DNA from: Planctomycetota bacterium
GTDB taxonomy: Bacteria; Planctomycetota; UBA1135; UBA2386
Assembly (NCBI GenBank): GCA_947501605.1
Contig: CANMWZ010000017.1
Location: 1-64,000, forward strand
DNA: 64,000 nucleotides
Direction of reading: 5' to 3'
The notes beneath the pieces are model-generated. The model saw only the letters and a list, made by a program, of their open reading frames with translations. It was not told the DNA's origin and ran no database searches. How positions within the stretch are numbered: the first letter of the stretch is position 1; every line of letters starts with the position of its first letter. This document shows positions 27,825 through 40,496 of this stretch, in pieces. The position numbers and the translations under genes were made by a program.

Positions 27825-28865
27825 ATGCACTGCACGACCGCTCTCGCCCTGCTCGCCGCCCTGTCCACCATCGCAACCAGCGCCCTTGCGCAGCGGCAGG
27901 GTGGTCGCCGCAACGCGGATCCGAGCAGCGTCAAACTCGAGTCGCTCACGTTCGCCGAGAAGTCCTTCGCCAGCGATGCGGTGGAGGACGACGTGAAGTA
28001 CGGCGTCTACCTGCCGAAGGACTACGGCGACGACAAGAACAAGGATACGAAGTACCCCCTCGTCATCTGGCTGCACGGCATGTTCGAGGACCACTTGCGG
28101 TTCCACGCCCGCGGCGGCGCCCCGGTGCTCGACGCCGCGATCAAGGATGGCAAGTTGCCACCCTGCGTGTTCGTGTGCCCCGACGGCGGCCGCACATCGA
28201 TGTACGTGAATCGCAAAGCGAAGAAGTACGAAGACTTGGTCACCAAGGACCTGATCGCGCACCTCGAGAAGGACTACCGGCTCAGCCCTCGACGCGAGGA
28301 TCGTGCGATCCTCGGCGTCAGTATGGGCGGCATGGCGGCGCTGCGCATTGCCTTCCAGCAGCCGGATCTGTTCGGCGCCGTGGGCGTGCACAGCGCCGCG
28401 ATCCTGCCAGAAGACCCGGAGAAGCTGTCGGATCGAATGAAGGCCGCGGCGGCACAGTTCGGCCTCACGGAAGTATTCGGAGACCCGATCGAGAAGGAGC
28501 CGTGGCAGCAGGCCAACCCACTCTGCATCGCGCACACGCTGAAACCCGCGATGTTGAAGGGACTACGCATCTACTTCGATGCCGGCACCGAGGACCGCTA
28601 CGGCTTCGCCACCGGCAACGAGGCGCTGCACAAGGTCCTCGACGAAAACGGCATCGAACACACGTGGCGCCTGATCGAAGGTGGTGGGCATTCTTGGGGC
28701 GCAGGCTTCCAGGACCAAACTCTGCCGCACAGCTTCGAGACCATCGGCGCGATGTTCCGCAATGCCGGCGCCAAGAAGGCGGGGCTCGAGGGACTGAAGG
28801 GCAAGAACAGCGCCGAGGTCGATGCCAAGGGCGAACCCAAGCCCGCGGGCGGCGACAAGGACTGA
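27825..28865 (+). CDS. secreted alpha/beta-hydrolase (esterase family)
   Basis: signal peptide; VYLP...KYPLVIWLHG, nucleophile GVSMGG, DAGTED, GGHSW. Confidence 0.9.
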   Translation: MHCTTALALLAALSTIATSALAQRQGGRRNADPSSVKLESLTFAEKSFASDAVEDDVKYGVYLPKDYGDDKNKDTKYPLVIWLHGMFEDHLRFHARGGAPVLDAAIKDGKLPPCVFVCPDGGRTSMYVNRKAKKYEDLVTKDLIAHLEKDYRLSPRREDRAILGVSMGGMAALRIAFQQPDLFGAVGVHSAAILPEDPEKLSDRMKAAAAQFGLTEVFGDPIEKEPWQQANPLCIAHTLKPAMLKGLRIYFDAGTEDRYGFATGNEALHKVLDENGIEHTWRLIEGGGHSWGAGFQDQTLPHSFETIGAMFRNAGAKKAGLEGLKGKNSAEVDAKGEPKPAGGDKD

Positions 28866-28995
28866 TCCTAGGCGCGGCCGGCGGGTGCCCACCCCCACCA
28901 CGGGATCGGGGCTGCCGCCAAAAAAATCTGCTTCGGGGCCTGCGCTGGACGGCATCCCTGCCGATCAACCCAGCTAGTCACCTCGGAGGCACTCC

Positions 28996-29421
28996 ATGTT
29001 CACCCTCGAACACCGCGTCCGCGTGTTCGTTTTCCAGTTGCTCGAGCAAGGTCCGCAGTTCCTACTTCTCCGGCAGCGGCCTCGCGCCGAGTGGCCACTC
29101 GGCCCGGTGATCGGACCCGTTGCTCTGGGGGAAAAGACCCAGGACGCCGTGTTGCGCGAGGTCCTGGCCGAGACCGGGCTGCGCCGACCGGTGCACCTGA
29201 TCGACTTGGCGACGCCGCAAAAGGAACTGTTTGGCGAGGTGGGACTGGTCGAGTGGCCGTTCGCCTGGCAGGCCTCGATCGCCGGTGAACCGCTACAACC
29301 CCTGACACTCGGCCCGATGGTCGGCGAGTACGTCTGGCTGCGCTTCGACGAGGCGTATCGACGCGTCGAGAGCGCGACCGACAGGGACGCACTGGTGCGG
29401 CTGAGGCTCTGTCTGCAATAA
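28996..29421 (+). CDS. NUDIX-fold protein
   Basis: G-x5-E-x7-REVLAETGL Nudix box (one Glu replaced by Ala); GGAGG RBS. Confidence 0.8.
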   Translation: MFTLEHRVRVFVFQLLEQGPQFLLLRQRPRAEWPLGPVIGPVALGEKTQDAVLREVLAETGLRRPVHLIDLATPQKELFGEVGLVEWPFAWQASIAGEPLQPLTLGPMVGEYVWLRFDEAYRRVESATDRDALVRLRLCLQ

Positions 29422-29478
29422 TCCTCGCCCCCGACTGCCAGCCTGCGCGCGTTGTCCGTAGCAGACCCTCACCAGAAC

Positions 29479-29859
29479 ATGAGCGACACTTCCAAGAAGC
29501 CGGCCGCCGAAGGCGTCCTCGGCGACGGCCGACTGCCCAGTTCCGCGATGCGTAGCTACGCGCTACTCACACCGGAGCTCAAGCAGCTCTACATGAACTT
29601 CTACAAAGCCACCTACGGCAAGTCGAAGCTCGACCTCAAGACCAAGGAGTTCATCGCGATCGCAGCCTCGCTGGTGAGCGGCTGCAAGGGCTGCCTCGAA
29701 GGGCACCTGAAGAAGGCCAAACGCGAGGGCGCGACGAGCGATGAGATCGCCGAGTTGATCGCCATCGTCCTTGGCGTCAATGCCGCGACCATCGTCGACC
29801 GGTCCGACATCGCCAACTACCACCTTGGTGGCCTGTTCGAGCGTCCCGAAGGCGAGTAG
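29479..29859 (+). CDS. carboxymuconolactone decarboxylase/AhpD-like protein
   Basis: LDLKTKEFIAIA-x5-CKGC-x3-H...GATSDEI-x-E. Confidence 0.88.
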   Translation: MSDTSKKPAAEGVLGDGRLPSSAMRSYALLTPELKQLYMNFYKATYGKSKLDLKTKEFIAIAASLVSGCKGCLEGHLKKAKREGATSDEIAELIAIVLGVNAATIVDRSDIANYHLGGLFERPEGE

Positions 29860-29930
29860 TACGCGCCCACGAGACGACGAACGCGGCGCCGGATCAGAAC
29901 CTGATCGCGGGTGCGACCGTTAGACTTCGC

Positions 29931-31301
29931 GTGACGATGCCCCCGCCACCTGACCTGAAACCGCTGCCGTTGATGCCAACCGGCGCCATCGTGCGCCTTG
30001 GTGCCGCGGCGATGCTCGCCGCGGCGATGCTCTACCTCGCGGTGTTCTGGAACCCCGTGGTCGCGATCGACGAGGGCAACCTCGCCGATCCCGAACCGAC
30101 TCTCGTCGCCGTTCCCGACATCGACGCGTCCCTGTTGCAGCAGGCCAAGGACGCGACCCGCGAGCAGCGACTCTTCATTGAAAGCGAACCGCTGAGCCAT
30201 CTGCTCGCCAACTCGCTGAACGTCAGCCCAGAGGCAGCACGCGCCCTCGGGATGCCGCCGCAGATGGTGCCGCTCGAGGCCCTGCGGACGCACATCGACG
30301 AATGGCGTGGCCGCTACGTCTTCTATCGCGGCAAGGTCGAGGAACTCAATGGTCCGCGACTTGGCCACCCGGTTCCAGGGTACGGCATCTATGAGGCCAC
30401 GCTGCGACTGGCGGATGGCTCGGCGATCCTGTTCACGTTTTCGCAGGCACCGGCAGCGGCAGTGCGCATTGGCAGCTTCGCACGCGCGGAGGGCTTCGTG
30501 CTGAAGCTCCGCGATGTCGCTTACCCGGTCGAGATGAGCAAGACGCCACTTCTGGTCGGGGCGCAGCTCCGCGAGGACTACGAAGATTGGGGCCCTGTCA
30601 CGCAGCTCGACTCCTCGACCCTCGACATGGTCATCGACGTACAACGCGAGGACGACCGCCTGACCTCGACCGAGGAGTCGTGGCGCACGATCGACCAAGA
30701 CCAGTCGCGCGCGCTCTGGCACCTCGCCGCCTTCGCCCGTGACGCAGCTCCGCGCCCGAAGGAAGAATGGCGACGAGCGCCGGCACTCAACGCCCAAGAG
30801 GTCTGGGATCACCTGAAGCGCAACGAGGTGGTCCGCGGCACCGCGATCCGCTTGCTGGGGACGCTGGCGGCAGTCAGAACCATCACCGCGCAGCCCAACC
30901 CCGCAGGCATCACCGAGTGGACCGAGGCCTGGATGCAGGTGCGTGACCTCGGCGGCAAGACCATCCCGGTCTGGCTACCAGGAGCCATCCGCCAGCCGCT
31001 TGGGACTTCGCTGGAAGTACGCAGCTACTACTTCCGTCGCTACTCGTACGAGACCCGCCGGGGCCAACAACTGTGGACACCCCTGTTCGTCGCTGCGGCG
31101 TTGGACCCGTTCGTGTTCGACACCGGCAGAGGCCTGAAGGAAATCAGTGCCTACGCGCTCGCCGCGACGCTCGCGATCATGGCGCTCGTGTACTGGGGGA
31201 CCCGTCGCGAACGGCAACGCTCACTGGCACAGGAAGACGCGCTCATCGACCGCCGGCGGAAGCGGCGCCAGAAGCTCGCCGCGGCTACGACGCAACCGTG
31301 A
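29931..31301 (+). CDS. hypothetical membrane protein with two internal OB-fold-like repeats
   Basis: N- and C-terminal TM; duplicated RG-x6-G...E...TPL-x-V units. Confidence 0.75.
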   Translation: MTMPPPPDLKPLPLMPTGAIVRLGAAAMLAAAMLYLAVFWNPVVAIDEGNLADPEPTLVAVPDIDASLLQQAKDATREQRLFIESEPLSHLLANSLNVSPEAARALGMPPQMVPLEALRTHIDEWRGRYVFYRGKVEELNGPRLGHPVPGYGIYEATLRLADGSAILFTFSQAPAAAVRIGSFARAEGFVLKLRDVAYPVEMSKTPLLVGAQLREDYEDWGPVTQLDSSTLDMVIDVQREDDRLTSTEESWRTIDQDQSRALWHLAAFARDAAPRPKEEWRRAPALNAQEVWDHLKRNEVVRGTAIRLLGTLAAVRTITAQPNPAGITEWTEAWMQVRDLGGKTIPVWLPGAIRQPLGTSLEVRSYYFRRYSYETRRGQQLWTPLFVAAALDPFVFDTGRGLKEISAYALAATLAIMALVYWGTRRERQRSLAQEDALIDRRRKRRQKLAAATTQP

Positions 31302-31311
31302 GCGGATTCTC

Positions 31312-32352
31312 GTGATCGAACTGCACTGCCGGCCGCCGCACGAACCGTCGACGCATATTGGCATCGGTTCGGGCGTGATGCGGACCCTCGCCAGCGAGAC
31401 GAAGGGCCGCAGGGTATTCGCTCTGGTCGACTCGATCGTTGCCGCTCGACACCCAGAGATCCTCGCCGCCCACTGGACCGTCACATGCGTGCAGGCCGGC
31501 GAGTCGCTCAAGACCTTGGCGCAGGCAGAAACCGTCTTGCGAGCCATGGCCAGAGCCAGCATCGACCGCAACGGGCTGCTGCTCGCCATCGGCGGCGGCA
31601 CCGTCGGCGACCTCGGCGGGCTGTGCGCAGCGCTGTGGCTGCGCGGCATCGAGTGCTGGCAGGTGCCCACGACGATGATGGCGATGGTCGACAGCGCCGT
31701 CGGCGGCAAGACCGCAGTCAACCTGCCGGAAGGCAAGAACCTCGTAGGCGCCGTGCATCCGCCAGCGCGCGTGTTCGTGGACCCATCGCTGCTCGACGAA
31801 CTGCCCGAGCCCGAGTACCGGAGCGGACTCGCCGAGGCAGTCAAAGTCGCGATCGGCATCGATGCACCGCTGTTCGAGATTCTCGAACAAGATGGCGAGA
31901 ACGTTCGGGCGCGCGATCCCGCGACACTGGAGCGCACGATCCACCGCGCGCTCGCTGCCAAGGCCACCATCGTCGCTTCCGACCTGCGCGAAGACGGGCC
32001 GCGCCGACTGCTGAACCTAGGCCACACGCTCGGGCACGCGCTAGAAGCCGTTTCGGGCTACCGGGAGCCGCACGGTCTGTGCGTTGCTCGCGGCCTGCAC
32101 TTCGCCCTCGACGTCGCCGAGTCGTTGCACGCGATGACCGCCTCTGACCTCGACCGCTGTCGCCGACTGCTGTCGCAGCACGGCTATCTGCGCACGCCGC
32201 TGCCGCCAACTTCGGAGATCCTCGGCTTCATGCGGCGCGACAAGAAGGTCGAGGCCGGCGTGGTGCACTTTGTCGTCCCGACCGGCATCGGCAGCAGCTG
32301 CGTACGCGGCCTCTCCCCAGATCAACTCGGGGCCGTTCTCGACCGCCGCTGA
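31312..32352 (+). CDS. aroB: 3-dehydroquinate synthase
   Basis: [20 protein letters not shown]-x3[30 protein letters not shown]. Confidence 0.95.
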   Translation: MIELHCRPPHEPSTHIGIGSGVMRTLASETKGRRVFALVDSIVAARHPEILAAHWTVTCVQAGESLKTLAQAETVLRAMARASIDRNGLLLAIGGGTVGDLGGLCAALWLRGIECWQVPTTMMAMVDSAVGGKTAVNLPEGKNLVGAVHPPARVFVDPSLLDELPEPEYRSGLAEAVKVAIGIDAPLFEILEQDGENVRARDPATLERTIHRALAAKATIVASDLREDGPRRLLNLGHTLGHALEAVSGYREPHGLCVARGLHFALDVAESLHAMTASDLDRCRRLLSQHGYLRTPLPPTSEILGFMRRDKKVEAGVVHFVVPTGIGSSCVRGLSPDQLGAVLDRR

Positions 32353-32510
32353 ATCCCGAGCAGTCCCCCACAAGACCGGCTCGCTTCGGCACCTGTGAGA
32401 GATCCAAAATCCCGCGGCAACGGTGGTGCCGGGGCTCGCACCAGCACCCCACGCGTGGGCTGGTTTTGTGCTCGCGCCCACCGCTGGCTTCCGGTGTAGT
32501 CCCGCCCCCG

Positions 32511-35765
<3,255 letters not shown>

Positions 35766-35801
35766 CGCCAATCGAGCTGTCGGCGTCCTCCCTCGTGCAC
35801 G

Positions 35802-37079
35802 ATGAAGCCCAACGCCCCCAAGTTTGATTCTCGTCTCGCCATGGAACTGGCCGCGTTCTGCCGCAAGGCAGTCGCGCAACCGCAACAGAGTCGCGAGAGC
35901 TTCGCATCCTCACCGCTGTGGGCTGCGGCAGCCCGCACCGGAACGGCGCTCTGGCTGGACACCGGTGACGTCGAAGCGGCACGCGCCCTCTGGACGCGCG
36001 AGTTTCAGGCGCTGACCACCAACAACACGCTGCTCAACAAGGAAGTCCAGAAGGGGCAATACGACGAGTTGGTGCCCGACGTCGCGGCGCTCGTGCGCGG
36101 AGCGGCCACGGACATCGGCGAGCAGCAATTGGTGCAGGAGATCGCCTTCGTCCTCAACGCCGTGCACGGGCTCAAGCTGGTGCGCACCTTCGACGCCGAC
36201 GTGTCGGTCGAGCTGCACACCGCGCTCGCTGACGATGCCGAAGCGAGCTACCAGTACGGCAAGCGCTTCCACGCGATCTGCCCCGACCGCTTCATCGTCA
36301 AGGTGCCGCTGACGCCGTCGGGCGTCCTCGCCGCGCGCCGGCTCGCCGCCGACGGCATCCGACTCAACTTCACGCTCGGCTTCAGCGCGCGTCAGAACTA
36401 CCTGATCGCGCTGTTGGCGAAGCCGACCTACGTCAACGTCTTCATGGGCCGCATCAACGCGTTCCTCAGCGACAACAAGCTGGGCGACGGCGTCAACGCC
36501 GGCGAGAAGGCGACCCTCTCGAGCCAGCGCGTGCTCCGCCGCCTGAAGAAGAACCCCGGCATCGACGTGCGCCAAATCGGCGCATCGATGCGCAACAGCC
36601 AGCAGTGCATGGATCTGCTCGGCCTCGACGTCTTCACGATCCCGACCGCGGCAGCGAAGGAGTTCTTCGAGAGGAAGCCGGCGCTGGAGACCCTGAAGGA
36701 TCACACTGCCGATGACCCGAAGGTCACGTTCGGCCCGGGCATCGACGCGGCCGCCGACAAGCTCGCGGTGTTCTGGACCGTCGACGATGTGTTCGAACGC
36801 GCCATGTGCCAACTCGCAGCGGTCGATGCCAGCACGCTCTCGGCCGACAAATTGTTGGCCTTCCTCGCGCAACACGGCTGCGGCGACCTGTTCCCGCAGT
36901 TCTCGGCCGATGAGAAGAGTCGCGTCACCAAAGAAGGCAAGATCCCGGTTCACGCATCGTGGAAGGACCGCGTGCAGAAGGGCACTGCGTCGTGGGACGG
37001 AGTCCTGACCGCGGCGGCGCTCGCGAGCTTCACGGCGGACCAAGCGGCGCTCGACGAGCGCATCGCCCGACTGCTGTAG
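35802..37079 (+). CDS. transaldolase family protein (divergent, extended)
   Basis: LWLDTGD, LTTNNTLL, SVE, Schiff-base VKVP, NFTLGFS, FMGR, GASMR. Confidence 0.85.
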   Translation: MKPNAPKFDSRLAMELAAFCRKAVAQPQQSRESFASSPLWAAAARTGTALWLDTGDVEAARALWTREFQALTTNNTLLNKEVQKGQYDELVPDVAALVRGAATDIGEQQLVQEIAFVLNAVHGLKLVRTFDADVSVELHTALADDAEASYQYGKRFHAICPDRFIVKVPLTPSGVLAARRLAADGIRLNFTLGFSARQNYLIALLAKPTYVNVFMGRINAFLSDNKLGDGVNAGEKATLSSQRVLRRLKKNPGIDVRQIGASMRNSQQCMDLLGLDVFTIPTAAAKEFFERKPALETLKDHTADDPKVTFGPGIDAAADKLAVFWTVDDVFERAMCQLAAVDASTLSADKLLAFLAQHGCGDLFPQFSADEKSRVTKEGKIPVHASWKDRVQKGTASWDGVLTAAALASFTADQAALDERIARLL

Positions 37080-37099
37080 CTCAGGTGCTGTAGCGACGG

Positions 37100-37270
37100 T
37101 CAGAGCTGCACGGGGATGTGCATCGCCGTCGAACTGGAGAGTCCGAAGGGCGTGCAGCCACTCGGCTCCAGCACTGCGAACTGGGCCGCGACTCCGAGAC
37201 CGACGAGGTAGGGGTCCGCCGGGATCGGCAGTGGTGGTGTGAGTTCGTGGAGACCTGCGCGAACAGTGCC
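37100..37270 (-). pseudogene. orphan 3' fragment encoding only the end of the shared beta module
   Basis: LPIPADPYLVGLGVAAQFAVLEP...LSSSTAMHIPVQL-stop; no signal peptide or convincing start upstream. Confidence 0.55.
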
Positions 37271-37389
37271 GCCGAGTCGAACACGGCAATGGCGACGATC
37301 CGCGCGCATGCGCGTCACACAATCGAGCGCTGCAGCCTCGAGAACCTCCAACAACCATGCGCGGAGTCACGCCGCGCAATGCACAGAAG

Positions 37390-39840
37390 CTACCTCACCG
37401 CGCGCGCTGGTCGCAACCCAACCTGCTCCCCCGCCGCATGCTGATGCATGCGCATGCGGTTCGCGCACCGCGCCTCGACCGGCGGCATCTGGAAGCTCCC
37501 GCCGCGATAGCAACGCAGCAGCAGTTCGTCTGCGGTCGCGCCGTCTTCGCGACGCATGCCGTCGCCGTCGCGCAACACCGGGAACCGCTTCACGTCCAAC
37601 TGCGCGTCGAGGCACCATTCGTAAACGTTGCCGTGCACGTCGTGGAGCCCGAAGCGATTGGGCGCAAACGTGCCCACCGGTGCGGTCGCCGGATACCCAT
37701 CGGTCCAATCACAGAAGTACGGAAACGTCCCTTCCGAGAACACGCGCGCAGTCTGGTCGGGCATGTTGGCCACCGCCTGCAGCGACCCTTCGTCATCGCC
37801 AGTGCTGTAGACCGCGTCCGTGAGCGCGCGGCATGCTCGCTCCCACTGCGCCTCGGTCGGCAGCGTCATCCCCTGGTGTTCCAGAAGTTGCTGCGCTTGC
37901 CACCACGCCACCTGCTCGACCGGGTGGCGCAAGGTCGGCTGGGCGAAGGTCGCCGAACGACCGTCCTTGAGCTTCTTGTCGTAGGACTGCACCCGCGGGC
38001 CGTAGAGGCTCGGCGCGTCGTGCGCGAGTCGCTCCCACTGCGCCTGTGTCAGCTCGAACTTCGACACGAAGTACGGATCCAAGCTGACGCTGGTAAGCAC
38101 CTCGTCCGGCTCGGCTCTCGGATCGAATCGCGGAGCGTTCGGATCCTCCGCTTGCGCCCCCATCGTGAACGCCCCACCCGGGATCAGCACGAGGACGATG
38201 CCCGTCTCTTCTCCGAACGGCAGCCTTCCTTCGGAGTCGCGGACCGGCAGCGGCGCGCCGTCCTGGTGCGACGGCAGGTGCAAGAACTCCAGCAGGCCGG
38301 ACCGCGGGTCGAGCCCGAGCGGCACGAGATCGAACTGCGGCACAAGCGCCCTGCCACCGTAGACCGGTAGGGTTGCTGCGAGGCGACTCGCTTCGGGCCA
38401 GTCCGGATGCTCGAGCGTCTTTGCCGTCGTCGTCTCCGACCACGACAGCCGCGTGCGAACGTCGGCCAGCGTCCCGTGCGGGTGTTCGGCGAAGTGCTGC
38501 AAGCGCGGCAAGGTGTCGTCCAGCAGCAACAGCAGCATCTCGCTCGAGGCCGGATCGAGTTCCCACTCGGCTCGCGTCGACTCGGTGCTGGTCTTGGCAC
38601 GCAGCTCCGCCACCGCAGCTGCCAAGTTCGTCCGCTCCCTCGCCATCGGCTCGCCGTGGCGAAGGAGCCAATCACGCAACGCCTGAGTCTGCGACGGCCA
38701 TGCCGGAAAGAGCCGGGCCGCGGCATCCTCGGCTTGGTTCAGCCGATGCATGATCGCGAGGCGATCGAACTGTTGCAGCGATGCAGCGATACCGCGCCGC
38801 GATGTATTCGCGTCGAGCAAGGCCAGTGTCGTGAACACCAGGCTCGACACGAGCAGCACGAGGAAGGTCGCGACCAACGGATTGCGTCGAACGAACAACT
38901 GTGTTCGTCGCAGCCGTCCGGGGCGGCGAGCGAGGATCGGCTCGCTGCAGCGCACGCGGCGCAGGTCCTCGGCGAGTGATGCTGCATCGCGATAGCGTCG
39001 ATCGGGCTCGGTCGCCATGGCGGTCGCCACCACCGTCGCGAGGTCGCGAGAGATCGCAGGATTGCGGCGTCGCAACGGCTGCGGGCGGCCCGCGAGAATT
39101 GCATCCGACAGCGCGTGCAGGCTCGCGCCGACGTAAGCCGGCCACAGCGTCAGCGCTTCGTACAGGGTCACACCCAGTGCGTGCACGTCGGTCCGTGCGT
39201 CGATGTTCCCAAGGTCGGCGTCGATCTGCTCTGGCGCCATGTACTGAGGCGTCCCGAGCGTCTGCAGAGATCTCGTCAGGTGCACCTCGGCGTCGCGATC
39301 CTGGGCCAAACCGAAGTCGAGCACCACCGGCTCGCCTTGCGCATCGATCATCAGGTTGGACGGCTTGAGATCCCGGTGTACTAGCCCGCGTTGATGGGCG
39401 TGATGAACCGCATGAGCGACCGTTTCGAACAGCGCAACAAGTAGCCGGATCTCGTCCGCCGACGGCACCTGCGCTCGCTGACCGCCTGCGGGCACGGCGC
39501 TCGGCATGACGCAACCGAGGCCATCGGAGGCGGCGCGGATGCGAGCCTCCAGCGTGTCGCCGTCCACCAACTGCATGACCAGATACGGGTGTCCATCGAA
39601 CTCGCCAGTCGCGTGCACCCGGCAGAGGTTTGGATGGTCGAGCCGCGACAGCAGCCGCGCTTCGCGTTCGAACCTCGCGGTGGCGTCGGGGTCGGTGCTG
39701 CGATGGCGCGCCAACACCTTGATCGCAACGTCGCGCGACAGCCGCTCATCGCGCGCGCGATGAACCCGTCCCATGCCGCCCTGACCGATGCACTCGCACA
39801 AGACGAAGTGGTCGATCCGCTCAGGGCCTCCTTGAGTCAT
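37390..39840 (-). CDS. Ser/Thr protein kinase fused to FGE-sulfatase (SUMF1/EgtB/PvdO-like) domain
   Basis: GQGGMG, VAIK, HRDLKPSN, DFG, GTPQYMAPE; TM; LPTEAQWE, NRFGLHDVHGNVYEWC, RGGSF, GLRP. Confidence 0.93.
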   Translation of the reverse strand: MTQGGPERIDHFVLCECIGQGGMGRVHRARDERLSRDVAIKVLARHRSTDPDATARFEREARLLSRLDHPNLCRVHATGEFDGHPYLVMQLVDGDTLEARIRAASDGLGCVMPSAVPAGGQRAQVPSADEIRLLVALFETVAHAVHHAHQRGLVHRDLKPSNLMIDAQGEPVVLDFGLAQDRDAEVHLTRSLQTLGTPQYMAPEQIDADLGNIDARTDVHALGVTLYEALTLWPAYVGASLHALSDAILAGRPQPLRRRNPAISRDLATVVATAMATEPDRRYRDAASLAEDLRRVRCSEPILARRPGRLRRTQLFVRRNPLVATFLVLLVSSLVFTTLALLDANTSRRGIAASLQQFDRLAIMHRLNQAEDAAARLFPAWPSQTQALRDWLLRHGEPMARERTNLAAAVAELRAKTSTESTRAEWELDPASSEMLLLLLDDTLPRLQHFAEHPHGTLADVRTRLSWSETTTAKTLEHPDWPEASRLAATLPVYGGRALVPQFDLVPLGLDPRSGLLEFLHLPSHQDGAPLPVRDSEGRLPFGEETGIVLVLIPGGAFTMGAQAEDPNAPRFDPRAEPDEVLTSVSLDPYFVSKFELTQAQWERLAHDAPSLYGPRVQSYDKKLKDGRSATFAQPTLRHPVEQVAWWQAQQLLEHQGMTLPTEAQWERACRALTDAVYSTGDDEGSLQAVANMPDQTARVFSEGTFPYFCDWTDGYPATAPVGTFAPNRFGLHDVHGNVYEWCLDAQLDVKRFPVLRDGDGMRREDGATADELLLRCYRGGSFQMPPVEARCANRMRMHQHAAGEQVGLRPARAVR

Positions 39841-39911
39841 CGCCTCGCGATGCTGCCACCCTGCGCACGAAGGATCAAGCTTGCCGCGCGTCACCTGCTA
39901 TTCTGCGCATC

Positions 39912-40496
39912 ATGTCCGATCCGAACGCCGGCATCGACGCGCTCGCAGACCTGCTCAAGCAAGGGGATCGCATCACCGCTGAACGATTGCTCCCGCTCGT
40001 GTACGAGGACCTTCGTCAGCTCGCACGCGGCCGCATCGCACGGCTCGCACCCGGAAAGACCATGCGCGCCACTGAGCTCGTCCATGAAGCGTGGATGCGC
40101 ATCGTCGCCGGCGGTGATCCGGGTTGGGAGGGGCGCACGCACTTCTTCGGTGCCGCGGCCAACGCGATGCGCAACATCCTCGTCGACCAAGCGCGCCGCC
40201 GCGGGGCGTTGAAGCGCGACAACAAGCGCAAGGAATCGCTGCCGACCGATGTTCCAGAACTCGAGCACGGGCTTCCCTACGCCGACATCCTGACGGTGCA
40301 CGAAGCACTGCAAGAACTCGAACGCGAACACGCGCGTCCGGCGCAGGTCGTGCTGCTGCGCTTCTTCGGCGGACTGCAGATGGCTGACATTGCCCCGATG
40401 CTCGCGATCTCGCTACCGACCGCTGAGCGCGACTGGCGCTTCGCACGCGCTTGGCTACAAGATCGCCTCGGAGCACCTTCGAGCAGCGATGAGTGA
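39912..40496 (+). CDS. ECF sigma factor, TIGR02999 (Rhodopirellula/Verrucomicrobium) type
   Basis: LLPLVYEDLRQLA, TMRATELVHEAW, AMRNILVDQAR, LRFFGGL, RDWRFARAWL. Confidence 0.93.
   Translation: MSDPNAGIDALADLLKQGDRITAERLLPLVYEDLRQLARGRIARLAPGKTMRATELVHEAWMRIVAGGDPGWEGRTHFFGAAANAMRNILVDQARRRGALKRDNKRKESLPTDVPELEHGLPYADILTVHEALQELEREHARPAQVVLLRFFGGLQMADIAPMLAISLPTAERDWRFARAWLQDRLGAPSSSDE

Noticed and set aside
27702..28535. Apparent 711-aa FolC and 673-aa esterase with long overlapping N-terminal extensions
   Set aside because: Artefact of earliest-start ORF calling; real starts are most likely 27701 (minus) and 27825 (plus), giving normal divergent genes.
28870..28930. GC-rich segment followed by an A-run, possible terminator
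   Set aside because: The stem is imperfect, and the U-tract would be on the minus strand where no gene ends.
37390..38200. FGE-sulfatase (C-type lectin fold) domain as a possible diversity-generating retroelement target
   Set aside because: No reverse transcriptase and no template repeat of the 3' end seen in the window.
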